This document shows, piece by piece, positions 11,449 to 25,219 of a DNA stretch of 64,000 nucleotides; position 1 is the first letter of the stretch, and every line of letters starts with the position of its first letter. This DNA comes from Eledone cirrhosa (lineage: Eukaryota), in assembly GCA_964016885.1 (NCBI GenBank), contig OZ024744.1:51212001-51276000 (forward strand), read 5' to 3'. The translations under genes were made by a program, and so were the position numbers. Under the pieces are notes generated by a model, which saw nothing but the letters and a program-made list of their open reading frames with translations, was not told where the DNA came from and did not search any database.

Positions 11449-11637
11449 AATGTTTCTACTTTTAGCACAAGGTCAGAAATTATCCCAGTGTATTACTGGT
11501 ACTTTATTTTATCGACTCCGTAAGGATGAAAGGCAAAGTTAACCTCGGCGGGATTTGACCTCAGACCATAAAGGACCGTAACTCTTTGCTGCAAACATGG
11601 CGCCCGACCTTCTACCGATACTGCCAATCCACCACCC
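11449..11637 (-). mobile_element. tRNA-derived SINE with Meta-like central domain
   Basis: A-box/B-box head, AACTTTGCCTTTCATCCTT..GTCGATAAAATAAAGTACCAG core, GTAGAAACA tail; more than 10 copies in the window. Confidence 0.85.
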
Positions 11638-11649
11638 TATATTACATAT

Positions 11650-12981
<1,332 letters not shown>

Positions 12982-13286
12982 GAGAGAGAGAGACAGTAAT
13001 CTTGCGAACAAATATCGTCTGCACCCTGTATATATATATATATACATGTATATACATACATATATATATATATATACATGTGGCATCTTAGTAAAATCGA
13101 AGCTTTGGCTACGGCAAAGCAAAATCGACATACAATTAGGAATGAGTAGCAAAGTACTCATTAAAGGTAGGCCCTCAGAGTTATAACATTACGTTTAGAT
13201 AGCTTGACAAATTGATTGAAAATTGCGGCAGGCAAAACCCAGCCATACAATACCCAAAACAACGAAAAAACTAATGAGGTTGGACA

Positions 13287-13345
<59 letters not shown>

Positions 13346-13384
13346 ATAGTAATAAATGGAAACTATATTTATAAAACCATATTT

Positions 13385-13448
13385 ATTTTATTATACATAT
13401 TTCAAGGGCAACCAAGGCAAATTATGGTCCGCTTTCATCAGATAAAAT
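13385..13448 (-). ncRNA. Type I hammerhead ribozyme
   Basis: ATTTTAT-CTGATGA-(AAG..CTT stem II)-GAA-ATA tg TAT-A-ATAAAAT; 7-bp stem I. Confidence 0.75.
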
Positions 13449-13636
13449 ACAGATTTGTTTTATAAATAAATATTGACACACCGGGAAAAAAAGACAACCT
13501 TAACGGTTGGAGCTTCCTGGATATTTACTCCACTAATTGTTGAGTGCTTTATATCAGCTATAAACATTTTTTAGCTTGTTGAATCCCAACAAATTAAATA
13601 TAACCTCTGCAGATATATATATATATATATATATAT

Positions 13637-14250
13637 GCCAGGTCACCAGTTGGTGCTCCTGGTAACATGTATCCCAGTACAACCTGTCTCATGGTCGGGT
13701 CGTTGGCGACTAAACTGGCAACCCCACCAAGGTTTCTTGGTGAGGAGGGTGACTTTGGACATCCTGCAGGACTAAAAACAAAACCTGTCAAAGGGCAAAG
13801 GGGCTCTTAAGAGTCAATGGCCATCCAAAGTCACCGGGAGAGATGACCCCTTAGCCATTGTCAAGGCAGAATTCTAGGAGAAGGAAAACTCTGATATAAC
13901 ACCTGCAACCCTGATGGTATCCAATGATGTTGACTTGTTCTTCTTTTTGGTAAATATCATCTTGGTTAAGAGAGTGGGACTGGCTTTGTGCAGTGCCTTT
14001 GCTCACTATAAAAGCTTCACGGCACAGGCATTGCTTTATATCTGGAGATCTCTCTGCACTTGTCGTCACATGGTACCATGGGCCCAGCATTATGTGTCAA
14101 TAATTGTCACAAGTGTAGTGTTTGTACCAGAGTTTTCAAGTCGCTGGTTGGACTAAAAAGTTACACTTGTTCAGCGCATCGGTAGGGGTTCTCCTACATG
14201 GATATAAAGTAGTGGTCGTACTCCAAAACGAGTTGGGAGCCACCATTACC
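13637..14250 (+). mobile_element. Bipartite RTE-derived non-autonomous element, family A
   Basis: RTE-like 5' UTR (CTAGGAGAAGGAAAACTCTGA) fused to a C2H2 remnant (CSVCTRVFKSLxGLKSH-like) and a 3' hairpin; near-identical copies elsewhere in the window. Confidence 0.8.
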
Positions 14251-14270
14251 ATATATATATATATATATAT

Positions 14271-14810
14271 ATAAACGGAAAAAATGAAACGAAATTTCAT
14301 TTCTCACTCTTAGTACGGCTGTTACTTAAATATAAGTATGTATACGTAGATACATATATGTATACAGACGCACAGTAGTATACAGACGTACAGTAGTATA
14401 TATATATACATACATGCACACATATCTATATGTACGTATGGATTCACCGAACATTTATTATAATGCTCGGTGTGTTTGTAAACAAACATCCCGAATTAAG
14501 CCGTAGTGTCCAGCAACCATCGTTGCTCGTTTGTTCAACACTGACAAAGGAACGCTGTACTAGTTTCAAGCTTATTAGCTATCGTCAGCAACGTACACCT
14601 TCCTGCCAGATGATTGAACGTCTGAAAGTATATACTTTCCTTATCCATATTAATGGATGAGCAGCCTAATTTGCATATCAAGTGAGTTAATCGGCCGGAG
14701 TACCGAAAACGATAAACACACCGAGCATTATAATAAATGTTCGGTGAATACATACATACATATATATATATTTGTGCATGTATGTATATATATATATACA
14801 TACTACTATA
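14271..14810 (-). mobile_element. Penelope-like terminal remnant with inverted arm
   Basis: Inverted repeat about 14393-14478 vs 14714-14810; internal hammerhead; the same end motif occurs near 41980 and 55790-55830. Confidence 0.6.
14552..14594 (-). ncRNA. Minimal type I hammerhead ribozyme
   Basis: ACGTTG-CTGACGA-t AGCT aata AGCT t-GAA-ACTAGT-A-CAGCGT; palindromic stem III. Confidence 0.75.
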
Positions 14811-14899
14811 TAAATTTGAAGTAACCTTGAAATATGTATAATAAAAAAAATATGATGCTATAGTGATATATTTTCCATTTATTATTATTGTTACTCTCA

Positions 14900-15098
14900 G
14901 TGGTGAATTGGCAGTATCGGTACAGGGTCGGACGCCATGCTTTCCAGCATAGTTACGTCCCTTTACGGTCTGAGTTCAAATCCCGTCGAGGTTAACTTTG
15001 CCTTTCATCCTTACAGGGTCGATAAAATAAAGTACCAGTAATGTACTGTGTAATTGCTGGCCTTGTGCCAAAAAGTAGAAACAATTATTATTGTTATT
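14900..15098 (+). mobile_element. tRNA-derived SINE
   Basis: Full copy with B box GAGTTCAAATCC and (ATT)n tail. Confidence 0.85.
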
Positions 15099-15114
15099 CT
15101 CTCTCCATCTCTCT

Positions 15115-15178
<64 letters not shown>

Positions 15179-15474
15179 GTATGTATATATAAATATATGT
15201 AGCACAAACACACCGTGGTTCATAAAAGAAGTGTTTATTAAAGTATATACAATATGAAGGTCTGAAAGACTAGTCTTTGGCGTTGTCGTATAGTTATTGG
15301 TGTACTGTGACATGATCACACATTAGAATACCCACAGCGAGACTTATATATGTTTTTTATACATAAAGATATTGTATACGCTTTCATTCAGCCACTATTA
15401 CACACACACACATATATACGAACATACACACACATACAAACATGTACACACTCATAGATATTCGTCCACATGAG

Positions 15475-15476
15475 TT

Positions 15477-15528
<52 letters not shown>

Positions 15529-15708
15529 CAACACCACCACTACTACTGCTGCTGCTCTACTACTACTACCACCAACACCACCGCCACCACCACCACCACA
15601 ACCACTACTACTACTACTACTACTACTAATACTACTACTACTACTACTACAACTGCTACTACTACCACCACCACCACTACCACCACTAGTACTACTACTA
15701 CTAGTATT

Positions 15709-15749
<41 letters not shown>

Positions 15750-15804
15750 ACCACCACCACTACCACTACTACTACTACTACTACTGCTACTACCACCACC
15801 ACCA

Positions 15805-15868
<64 letters not shown>

Positions 15869-15875
15869 CACCACC

Positions 15876-15921
<46 letters not shown>

Positions 15922-17335
15922 TTACTACTACTACTACTACTACTACTCCTATCCCGACACTGTCCAACTGAAATGTCCTATATTGTATATTAATGGTGGT
16001 GGCGTGGTGGGTGTGGTGGGGGTGGGGATGGGGGTGGGTGTAGTGGTGCGGTGGTGGTGTGGTGGTGGTGGTTGTAGTGGTGTTGTGGTGGGTGTGGTGG
16101 TGGTGTGGTGGTGTGGTGGTGGTAGTAGTGGTGTGGTGGTGGTGTGGTGGTGGAGTGGTGGTGGTGGTGTGGTGGTGGTGGGTGTGGTAGTGGTGGTGGT
16201 GGTGTGGTGGTGTGGTGGTGGTTGTGGTGTGGTGGTGTGATGGGTGTGGTGGTGGTGGTGTGATGGGTGTGGTGGTGGTGGTAGTGGTGGTGGTGGTGGT
16301 TGTGGTGGTGTGGTGGGTGTGGTGGTGGTGGTAGTGGTGTGGTGGTGGTGGTGGTGTGGTGGTGGTGGTAGTGGTGTGGTGGTGGTGTGGTTGTGGTGGC
16401 GGTGGTGTGGTGGTGGTGTGGTGGTATGGTGGTGGTGGTAGTGGTGGTAGTGGTGTGGTGGTGTGGTGGTAGTGTGGTGGTGTGGTGGTATGGTGGTGGT
16501 AGTAGTGGTGTGGTGGTGGTGTGGTGGTGGTGAGTGTGGTAGTGGTGGTGGTGGTTGTGTGGTGGTGTGGTGGTGGTTGTGGTTGTGATGGTGTGATGGG
16601 TGTTGTGGTGGTGGTAGTGGTGTGGTGGTAGTGGTGTGGTGGTGGTGGTTGTGGTTGTGGTGGTGTGGTGGGTGTGGTGGTGGTGGTAGTGGTGTGGTGG
16701 TAGTGTGGTGGTAGTGGTGTGGTGGGTCTGGTGGTGGGTGTGGGTGTAGGGGTGCGGTGGTGGTGTGGTGGTGGTGGTGGTGGTGGTAGTGGTGTTGTGG
16801 TGGGTGTGGTGGTGGTGTGGTGGTGTGGTGGTGGTAGTAGTGGTGTGGTGGTGGTGTGGTGGTGGAGTGGTGGTGGTGGTGTGGTGGTGGTGGGTGTGGT
16901 AGTGGTGGTGGTGGTGGTGTGGTGGTGTGGTGGTGGTTGTGGTTGTGGTGGTGTGATGGGTGTGGTGGTGGTGGTGTGATGGGTGTGGTGGTAGTGTGGT
17001 GGTGGTGGTGTGGTGGTGGTGGTGTGGTGGTGGTGGTGGTAGTGGTATGGTGGTGGTGGTGGGTGTGGTGGTGTTGATGGTGGTGGTGGTGGTGGTGGTG
17101 GTGTGGTGGTGGTGGTGGGTGTGGTGGTGTTGATGGTGGTGGTGGTGTGTTGGTGGTGGTGGTGTGGTGGTGGTGATGTGGTGGTGGTGGTGGTGTGGTG
17201 GTTGTGGTGGTGGTGGTGGTGTGGTGATGGTGTGGTGGTGGTGGTGTGGTGGTGGTGTGGTGGTGGTGTGGTGGTGGTGTGGTGGTGGTGTGGTGGTGGT
17301 GTGGTGGTGGTGGTGTTAACAACCACAACAATTAC
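15475..17335. repeat. Compound (TAC/CAC)n and (GGT/GT)n low-complexity tract
   Basis: Direct reading; the tract switches from CAC-rich to GTG-rich around 15950-15995. Confidence 0.95.
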
Positions 17336-17394
17336 AACAACTCATCTGATTTATTTCTTCCTTACCTTGGAGATAAAAATATGTCACGCCCAGT

Positions 17395-18416
17395 TACATA
17401 CACAAGAACAACACGCAGACACACATATATACACACACATACACAGAACAACACGCAGACACACATATATACACACACATACACAGAACAACACGCAGAC
17501 ACACATATATACACACACATACACAGAACAACACGCAGACACACATATATACACACACATACACAGAACAACACGCAGACACACATATATACACACACAC
17601 AGAACAACACGCAGACACATACATACACACATACACAGAACAACACGCAGACACACATACATACACACACATACACAGAACAACACACAGACACACATAT
17701 ATACACACCCATACACAGAACAACACACAGACACATATATATACACACACATAACAGAACAATACGCAGACACACATATATACACACACATACACAGAAC
17801 AACACGCAGACACACATATATACACACATACACAGAACAACACACAGACACACATACATACACACACATACACAGAACAACACACAGACACACATATATA
17901 CACACATACACAGAACAACACGCAGACACACATATATACACACACATACACAGAAGAACACACAGACACACATATATACACACACACAGAACAACACACA
18001 GACACACATATATACACACACATACACAGAACAACACGCAGACACACATATATACACACACATACACAGAACAACACACAGACACACATATATACACACA
18101 CACAGAACAACACACAGACACACATATACACACACACACAGAACAACGCACAGACACACATACATACACACATACACAGAACAACACACAGACACACATA
18201 CATACACAGAACAACACACATACACACATACATACACACACAGAACAACATACAGGCACACATATATACACACACATACACAGAACAACGCACATACACA
18301 CATATACACACTACATACACAGAACAACACACATACACACATACATACACAGAACAACACAACCACACACACATACATAGAGAGAGACACAGAAGCACAC
18401 ACATACATAACTACAC

Positions 18417-18452
<36 letters not shown>

Positions 18453-19115
18453 ACACAAGCACACACATACATAACTTCACAGACTCAAAAGCAGACACAT
18501 ACATAACCACACAGACACACATACAGAGAGACAGATAACCACACACATACAAAACTACACAGGCACACACACTCACACACACAGACAGACAGAGAAACAC
18601 ACACATACATAACTACACATACACAGACACACATACAGAGAGACAGATAACCACACACATACATAATTACACAGACACACACACACATACAGAGAGACAC
18701 AGCACACACACACATATATATAACTACACAGATACACACACATATATAACTACACAGACTCACATACAGAGAGACAGGTAACCACACACATACATAACTA
18801 CACAGACACACACACACAGGCAGACAGAGAGACACAGATACACACACATACATAACTACACACATACAGACAGACAGAGAATCACACACATATATAACTA
18901 CACATACACACATACAGAGAGACAGATAACCACACACATACATAACTACACAGGCACACACACTCACACACAGAGACAGACAGACAGAGAATCACACACA
19001 TACATAACTACACAGACAGACATATATAACTAGACAGACACACATACAGAGAGACAGATAACCACGCACAGACACACACAGACACACACACACAGAGACA
19101 GACAGACAGAGAAGC
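17395..19115. repeat. CA-rich minisatellites (about 40-bp acacagaacaacacgcagacacacatatatacacacacat array, then acataactacacag-type array)
   Basis: Direct reading of tandem units. Confidence 0.92.
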
Positions 19116-19243
19116 ACACGACAACCACGAGATTTTAGGTATCTTGGCAACAGACACAACAGCTCCAGCATCTTCTAATCAATAAACAACAAAAACATCC
19201 CAACTCACGTTTGTAATAAATCTTATCTCAGTCGCTTTTGTCT

Positions 19244-19496
19244 TTACTCTTCGTTTTTATCACATTCGGGTGTGTTAGGGTGGAGGTAGTGGTGGCTAGG
19301 TAGCGCTAGGGTGGAAGTAGCGGCAGAGGTTATGGTGGGTAGGTATAGGGCTGGGGTGGAGCTACTGATGGTGGGCATGTAGGGCTGGGCTTTGATAGAG
19401 TCAGGGTGGTTTGGAGTGGTTTCAGATTGAGATGTGATAAAACGAACGACAAAGGCACTACACTGTCTCCCATCATCTCGAATCTCACCTTGCCAC
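19244..19496 (-). CDS. Possible terminal coding exon of an unidentified host gene
   Basis: Non-repetitive island; acceptor-like ttcactcgctcgttAG|G; open frame WQGEIRDDGRQCSAFVVRF...CDKNEE*. No upstream exon identified. Confidence 0.4.
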
Positions 19497-19504
19497 CTAA
19501 CGAG

Positions 19505-19850
19505 CGAGTGAACAAGCCAGCCAACCAGCCAACCAGCCATCGAACCAGCCAACCATCCAGACAATCATTCAGCCAACCAACTATCTAGTCAAACATCCAG
19601 CCAGCCAACCAACCAACCAGCCAACCAACCAGCCAACCAGTCAGCCAACCAACCACCAGCCAACCAACCAGCCATCCAACCAGTCAACCATCCATCTATC
19701 CAGGCAAACACCCAACCAACCATCCAACCAACCAGCCATCCAACCAGTCAACCATCCATCTATCCAGGCAAACACCCAACCAACCATCCAACCAACCAAC
19801 CATCCAGCCAACCATCCAGCCAACCAGCATCCAGCCAACCAACCTCCCAG
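19505..19850. repeat. (CCAA/CCAG/CCAT)n tetranucleotide tract
   Basis: Direct reading. Confidence 0.9.
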
Positions 19851-19910
19851 TCAGCAAGTCAGACATCTCATCAACCAGTCAGATATCCAGCATATATGTA
19901 TATATGTATA

Positions 19911-19976
19911 AGAACTCATAAGAGTCAACGGCCATCCAAAAATGTATAAATATGTATATACATATATGCATGTGTA

Positions 19977-20063
<87 letters not shown>

Positions 20064-20744
20064 ATATGTATATGTATGTGTGTGTATGTACATATATATA
20101 TATATACATGTATGCATGTGTATGTATATGCGCAGGGACAGAAATAGTCGGGTTGGACACCCGATCGCGCGGTTAAACCACTGAGAGTGAAGGACTCCTA
20201 GCCTTTGTCAGGGCATTCTTCTAGGAGAAGGTAACTCAGGAAACTGGGTTAACTCCGATATAAAACCTGCGGCTCAGTAGTTACCGATGATGTTGATCTT
20301 TTCTTCTTTTCTGGTAATAGCTACTGTCGCTCAGAGAGTGGGATTGGCTCAGTGCACAGTCTTTCATCACTTTAAAAAATATCTTCACACACAGGCATTG
20401 CACGATAGAATTAATTAATTGCTTCTACTTTTTGGCACAAGGCCAGAAATTATCCAGTACATTACTGGTACTTTATTAGAATTAATTAATTGTTTCTACT
20501 TTAGGCACAAGGCCAGCAATTACCCAGTGCATTACTGGTACTTTATTTTATCGACCTCGTAAGGATGAAAGGCAAAGTCAACCTCGGCGGGATTTGAACT
20601 CAGATCGTAAAGGGACGTAACTATGCTGGAAAGCATGGCGTCCGACCCTCTACCGATACTGCCAATCCATTAGAATTAATTAATAATTACTAATAATAGT
20701 GTATCGTGCAATGGCCATACTCGATAACGAGGGGCAGCCATCAT
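19911..20744 (+). mobile_element. Bipartite RTE-derived element, family C, interrupted by (TA)n and a SINE
   Basis: 5' UTR blocks homologous to families A/B (gagtcaacggccatccaaa; ctaggagaagg; gatgatgttga; gagagtgggattgg); 3' end gtgcaatggccatactcgataacgaggggcagccatcat matches 25954-25993. Confidence 0.7.
20420..20670 (-). mobile_element. SINE with duplicated 3' tail and target-site duplication
   Basis: TAGAATTAATTAAT at 20406, 20477 and 20671. Confidence 0.85.
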
Positions 20745-20821
20745 ATGTATATATGAATGTATATATGTATATATGTATGTATATATGTATGTACATATGT
20801 GTGTATGTATGTATGTATGTG

Positions 20822-22000
20822 TTTATGGTGAGTTTCATTTTCTTAATTTTCAGTATATCTTTGTCCGGCCATCTTTCCGGCGGCAATGTTGTAAAGAAAA
20901 GGTAATTTGTACAAGCGTTCATCCTTTGAATCATTAACATGTTTTAAAGATTCTTAATGTCCCTTCTATCGTGGCCATTTGTAGCTTACGAATTAAAGAG
21001 TGACGTTCTTTCTCCACAAATCCAAGCTCAATTATACTTTGGTCCAGGCGGGTGGTAGTTCCAATAATGACGTGTATGAACCTGAACCCAGGAAATATCC
21101 TCCTTCTCTAGCATTTTTCTTGCCACATTAACATCAAGTGGGCAGCTGACTTCTACAACAGACTATGTGATGTGTGGTCCCAAACAACAATATCAGACCA
21201 GTTGTTCTTTACTTTGGTGATAGTATTTATTTTATGGTTCCACCAGTATTCCTTGGAGCCATCGGTCTCAAAATATTTCTCCCTATTTGAATATCATTTT
21301 CGACTTCCCTAATAATTCCAGATTGTTCTAGCTATCACATCATGTCTCATGGGGAGGTAGTAACTAAAGGAAATTCTTTCACAGTTGGCAACAATGTGGC
21401 TAACATCTTCAATATTTGTTTTGCACAGCCTACATTTATTGTCAACTGATGACTTTCCTCTTTTGTGCAGTAGGTACTTGCATGGAGGTATCCTTTAAGG
21501 TGTGATGAACTTGGAACTCCATGTCCGGCTTTTAGTATCGGTTAGCCCCTTTATGGTCTGTGTTTACAACTTTCTCATTGAATTGATCCATTTTAAAATT
21601 TTGTTCGAATATTGAGTATAATTTTCCAATATTCCTGGGAGAGAGATTTGTATCAAGTTTTATTTCATGTTCCTCTTCTAGATCAGTGGCTATTTTAACA
21701 GTGTCATAAACCTGGGCAAGATAGCTGCTGATCTTTTGTTGAACATGTCGCTTCAATGTTATTATCCGGGTCTCATATGATGTTAATATGGATTTTAGAC
21801 TCTGGCCACCCTCCTTGCGTAAGAAGTATAGCCTTTTCACATCACCATTGATGTTAAAGTTTCCAGTAACACTGAGAAGCTTGCGAGTTCTTGCATCCAT
21901 CTCACTCAGGTCTTGCAATGACCAGTTCAGCAGACCAAATGTTGGCGTTAGGATGCGTAAAAGGTATTGTGGGCAATGTATTTGTACGCTGCAGTCCTGA
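20822..22000 (-). mobile_element. Decayed R4/Dong-type LINE 3' fragment
   Basis: Colinear with 23706-25013 (MDARTRKLL..GDVKRLYFLRKEGG; CRLC; SCPLD); (TATG)n flanks. Confidence 0.85.
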
Positions 22001-22061
22001 TGTATGTATGTATATAAGTATGCCTGTATTATGTATGTATGTATGTATGTACGTTTGTATG

Positions 22062-22517
22062 TAAAGGGCAAAGGAGCTCTTAAGAGTCAATGGCCATCCA
22101 AAATCACCGGGAGAGATGACCCCTTAGCCTTTGTCAAGGCAGAATTCTAGGAGAAGGAAAACTCTGATATAACACCTGCAACCCTGATGGTATCCAATGA
22201 TGTTGACTTGTTCTTCTTTTTGGTAAATATCATCTTGGTTAAGAGAGTGGGACTGGCTTTGTGCAGTGCCTTTGCTCACTATGAAAGCTTCACGGCACAG
22301 GCATTGTTTTATATCTGGAGATCTCTGCACTTGTCATCACATGGTACCATGGGCCCAGCACTATGTATCAATAATTGTCACAAGTGTAGTGTTGTACCAG
22401 AGTTTTCAAGTCGCTGGCTGGACTAAAAAGTCACACTTGTTCAGCGCATCGGTAAGGGTTCTCCTACATGGATATAAAATAGTGGCCGTACTCGAAAACG
22501 AGTTGGCAGCCACCATG
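22062..22517 (+). mobile_element. Family A RTE-derived element (5'-truncated)
   Basis: Near-identical to 13790-14250. Confidence 0.85.
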
Positions 22518-22565
22518 TATATATGTATGTATGTATGAATGTATGTACGTATGTATGTATGTATG

Positions 22566-23063
22566 TTCTATAATTTCACAAATTTTTACCAATAGAAAGA
22601 GAGAGCCGGTTTCTAATGTAATTACAAGACTCTCTCATTGGAATTTAAACAACATCAACTAGGTAGATATGTCTGCATGTCTGCATGTATGTTTGTGCAG
22701 GTATGGATGTTATAGTATGTGTGGATGTTTTGAGTTGTATGTGTGCATGAGGATATGCTTTGTATCTGTACATGTGTATATGCAGTCAAGGTGGAGTATC
22801 TGCAGATTTCTCATCAGTTCTGCATAAATATTCTCCTTTTCACTAATCTTTGATATTATATTGGCATCTGCTGGGCAGCTAATTTCCACTACTGTACACA
22901 CCTTCTTTTCCCTGTCCCATATCATTATATCTAGTCTGTTATGCCTGCATTTTATTGGGGTTTTACTGGAACATTCCACCAGTACTCTTTCACATTATGT
23001 ATATGTATGTCTTCCACATTGCTGTAGCTTTTAATGTGTTTATTATGGGGCTATCTTTTCTAT
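22566..23063 (-). mobile_element. R4/Dong-type LINE 3' fragment (second subfamily)
   Basis: HNRLDIMIWDREKKVCTVVEISCPAD; 3' UTR shared with 40082-40420; (TATG)n flanks. Confidence 0.8.
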
Positions 23064-23157
23064 TGTATGTATGTAAGTATGTATGTATGTATGTATGTAT
23101 GTATGTATGTATGTATGTATGTATGTATGTATGTATGTATGTATGTATGTATGTATG

Positions 23158-23682
23158 TCAGGTCACTCTCGAGTGTTACTGGTAACATGTAACCCAGTAC
23201 AACTTGTCTCATGGTCGGGTCGTCGGCGACTAAACCGGCAACCCCACCAAGCTGGCTTGGTGAGGAGGGTAATATTTGGACCCCCTACAGGATGAAATAC
23301 AAGACATAGCAAAGGGTGGAGGAACTCAGTAGAGTCAACGGACATCCAAATAGTACTTTTTATTTTTCACCTGGGAGTGAAAGGCTCCCAGTTGTTGTCA
23401 CAACACTTTTCCAGAAGAGGGAAACTCTGAAAAAAAAAACCTGCGACTTCGGAAGCATCCGATGATGTTGACCAGTTCTCCTTTTCAGGTAGTGTTTGCG
23501 ATGCTCAGAGAGTGGGATTGGTCGAGTGCAAGGCCTTTCCTCACTTAAAAAATATTCAAAGCACGGGCATTGTTCAGGATATGTTACAGGTTTGAGTGAC
23601 TGGCCGTAGCCTAAAAGTGCACCATTTTCTGTAATCTGACAAGCAATTGCAGTACTCTTAGCAGAGTTTTCAGCCATCATGT
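23158..23682 (+). mobile_element. Bipartite RTE-derived element, family B
   Basis: 5' region homologous to family A with changed loops; 3' hairpin actct-tagc-agagt..cagccatcat(gtat)n. Confidence 0.75.
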
Positions 23683-23705
23683 ATGGACGTATATAAGTAT
23701 GTATG

Positions 23706-25013
23706 TTTTATCTCTTTCTCTTAATTTCGAGTATATTTTTTGACCGGCCATCTTCCTGGTGGCAAGGTTGTAAAAGAAAAGAAATTGTCATCCCTTGAAT
23801 CGCAAGAATGTTTTGCAAACTTTGAAGGTGTCAGCTATCGCAGCCATTTGTCGACTATGAATTAGGGAGCTGCGCTCTTTGTCCGCAAAACCAAGTTCAG
23901 TCATACTTTGGTCCAAGCGGGTTAGTATATAACCCGTAGCTCCAATAATGATGGGTATGAAGCTAAAGGTGTATCTTGGATACTGGATTTGTAAACTCCT
24001 CATCAATGGTCCGTAGATGTCCTCCTTCTCCTGTATTTTTCTGACAACGTTTACATCAAGTGGGCAGCTGATCTCCACAACAGAACACGTTTTCAATGTG
24101 TGGTCCCAAACAACAATATCAGGCCGGTTGTGCTTTAATTTGGTGGCAGTTTTTATTTTCAGGTTCCACCAGTATTCCTTAGTGCCATCTGTCTCGATAT
24201 ATTCTTCCTCGTTTGTTGTTAATTTTGTTTTCCGAAGTGCGTTCCAGATGGTTCTAGCTATCCCATCGTGTCTCATGGGGAGGTAGTAGCGAGATGACAT
24301 TCTTTCGCAGCTGGCAACAATGTGGCTAACATCTTCGATCTTTGTTTTACATAGCCTACATTTATTGTCAGCTGCTGGCCCTCCTCTTTTGTGCAGCAGA
24401 TATTTGGTAGGGAGTTCTTGTTCCTGTATTGCATAGAGATATCCCTCAAGCTGTGAAGTCATAAACTTGTCGGAACTCCATGCCAGGCTTTTTGAGTGGT
24501 TTATCCCCTCTATGGTCTGTGTTTTACGTCTCAAGTATCCATGCACCACTTTTTCTGTAAATTAGTCAATTTTTTCATCTTGTTTGAACATTGAATAGGA
24601 TCTTCCGATTTCTTTGGGTTAGAGACTTATATCAGGCTATATTCCATATCTCTCCTCCAGATCAGTCGCTATTCTAATGATATATTTTTTTTCATGCTCA
24701 TAAACCTGGGCAAGATGGTTGCCAACCTTTTTCCTCTGTTGAAGATGTTGCTTCAGTGTTACTATCCGGGTCTCATATGATGGATTTTAGACCCCGGCCA
24801 CCTTCCTTGCGTGAGAAGTATAGCCTATCCACATCACCATTGATGTTAAAGTTCCCAGTAACACTGAGAAGTTTTCGAGTTCTAACATCCATCTCACTTA
24901 GTTCTTGCAATGAAAAGTTCAGCAGACCAAATGTTGGCGTTAGAATTGGCACAGCATAAGTATTGTGGGCAATGTACTTGTTGTACGCTGACAGTTCTGA
25001 TGACCATAGTTTC
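23706..25013 (-). mobile_element. R4/Dong-type LINE 3' fragment (CCHC + restriction-like endonuclease; ORF 23788-24549)
   Basis: AIQEQ, CRLC-x8-H-x4-C, RHD, HNRPDIVVWD, VVEISCP, IPIIIGATG. Confidence 0.92.
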
Positions 25014-25058
25014 TGTATGTATGTATGTATGTATGTATGTATGTATGTATGTATGTAT

Positions 25059-25155
25059 TCAAGTCGCTGGCTGGACTAAAAAGTCACATTCGTTCAGCGC
25101 ATGGATATAAAGTAGTGGCCGTACTCGAAAACGAGTTGGCAGCCACCTCCACCAT
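25059..25155 (+). mobile_element. Family A 3' end only
   Basis: tcaagtcgctggctggactaaaaagtcac...ctcgaaaacgagttggcagccac. Confidence 0.8.
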
Positions 25156-25219
25156 GTATGTATGTATGTATGTATGTATGTATGTATGTATGTATGTATG
25201 TATGTATGTATGTATACAT

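Noticed and set aside
13665-13720. HDV-like or twister ribozyme fit in the family A 5' end
   Set aside because: A P1/P3-like arrangement can be drawn, but P2 is not adjacent to P3 and covariation with family B does not support it; the twister consensus is absent.
14900-14990. tRNA gene
   Set aside because: A and B boxes belong to a multi-copy SINE head; no complete cloverleaf.
15442-18967. Long His/Thr/Pro-rich and Cys/Val-rich ORFs (up to 529 aa)
   Set aside because: Translations of stop-free simple repeats, open in several frames on both strands; no splice or domain evidence.
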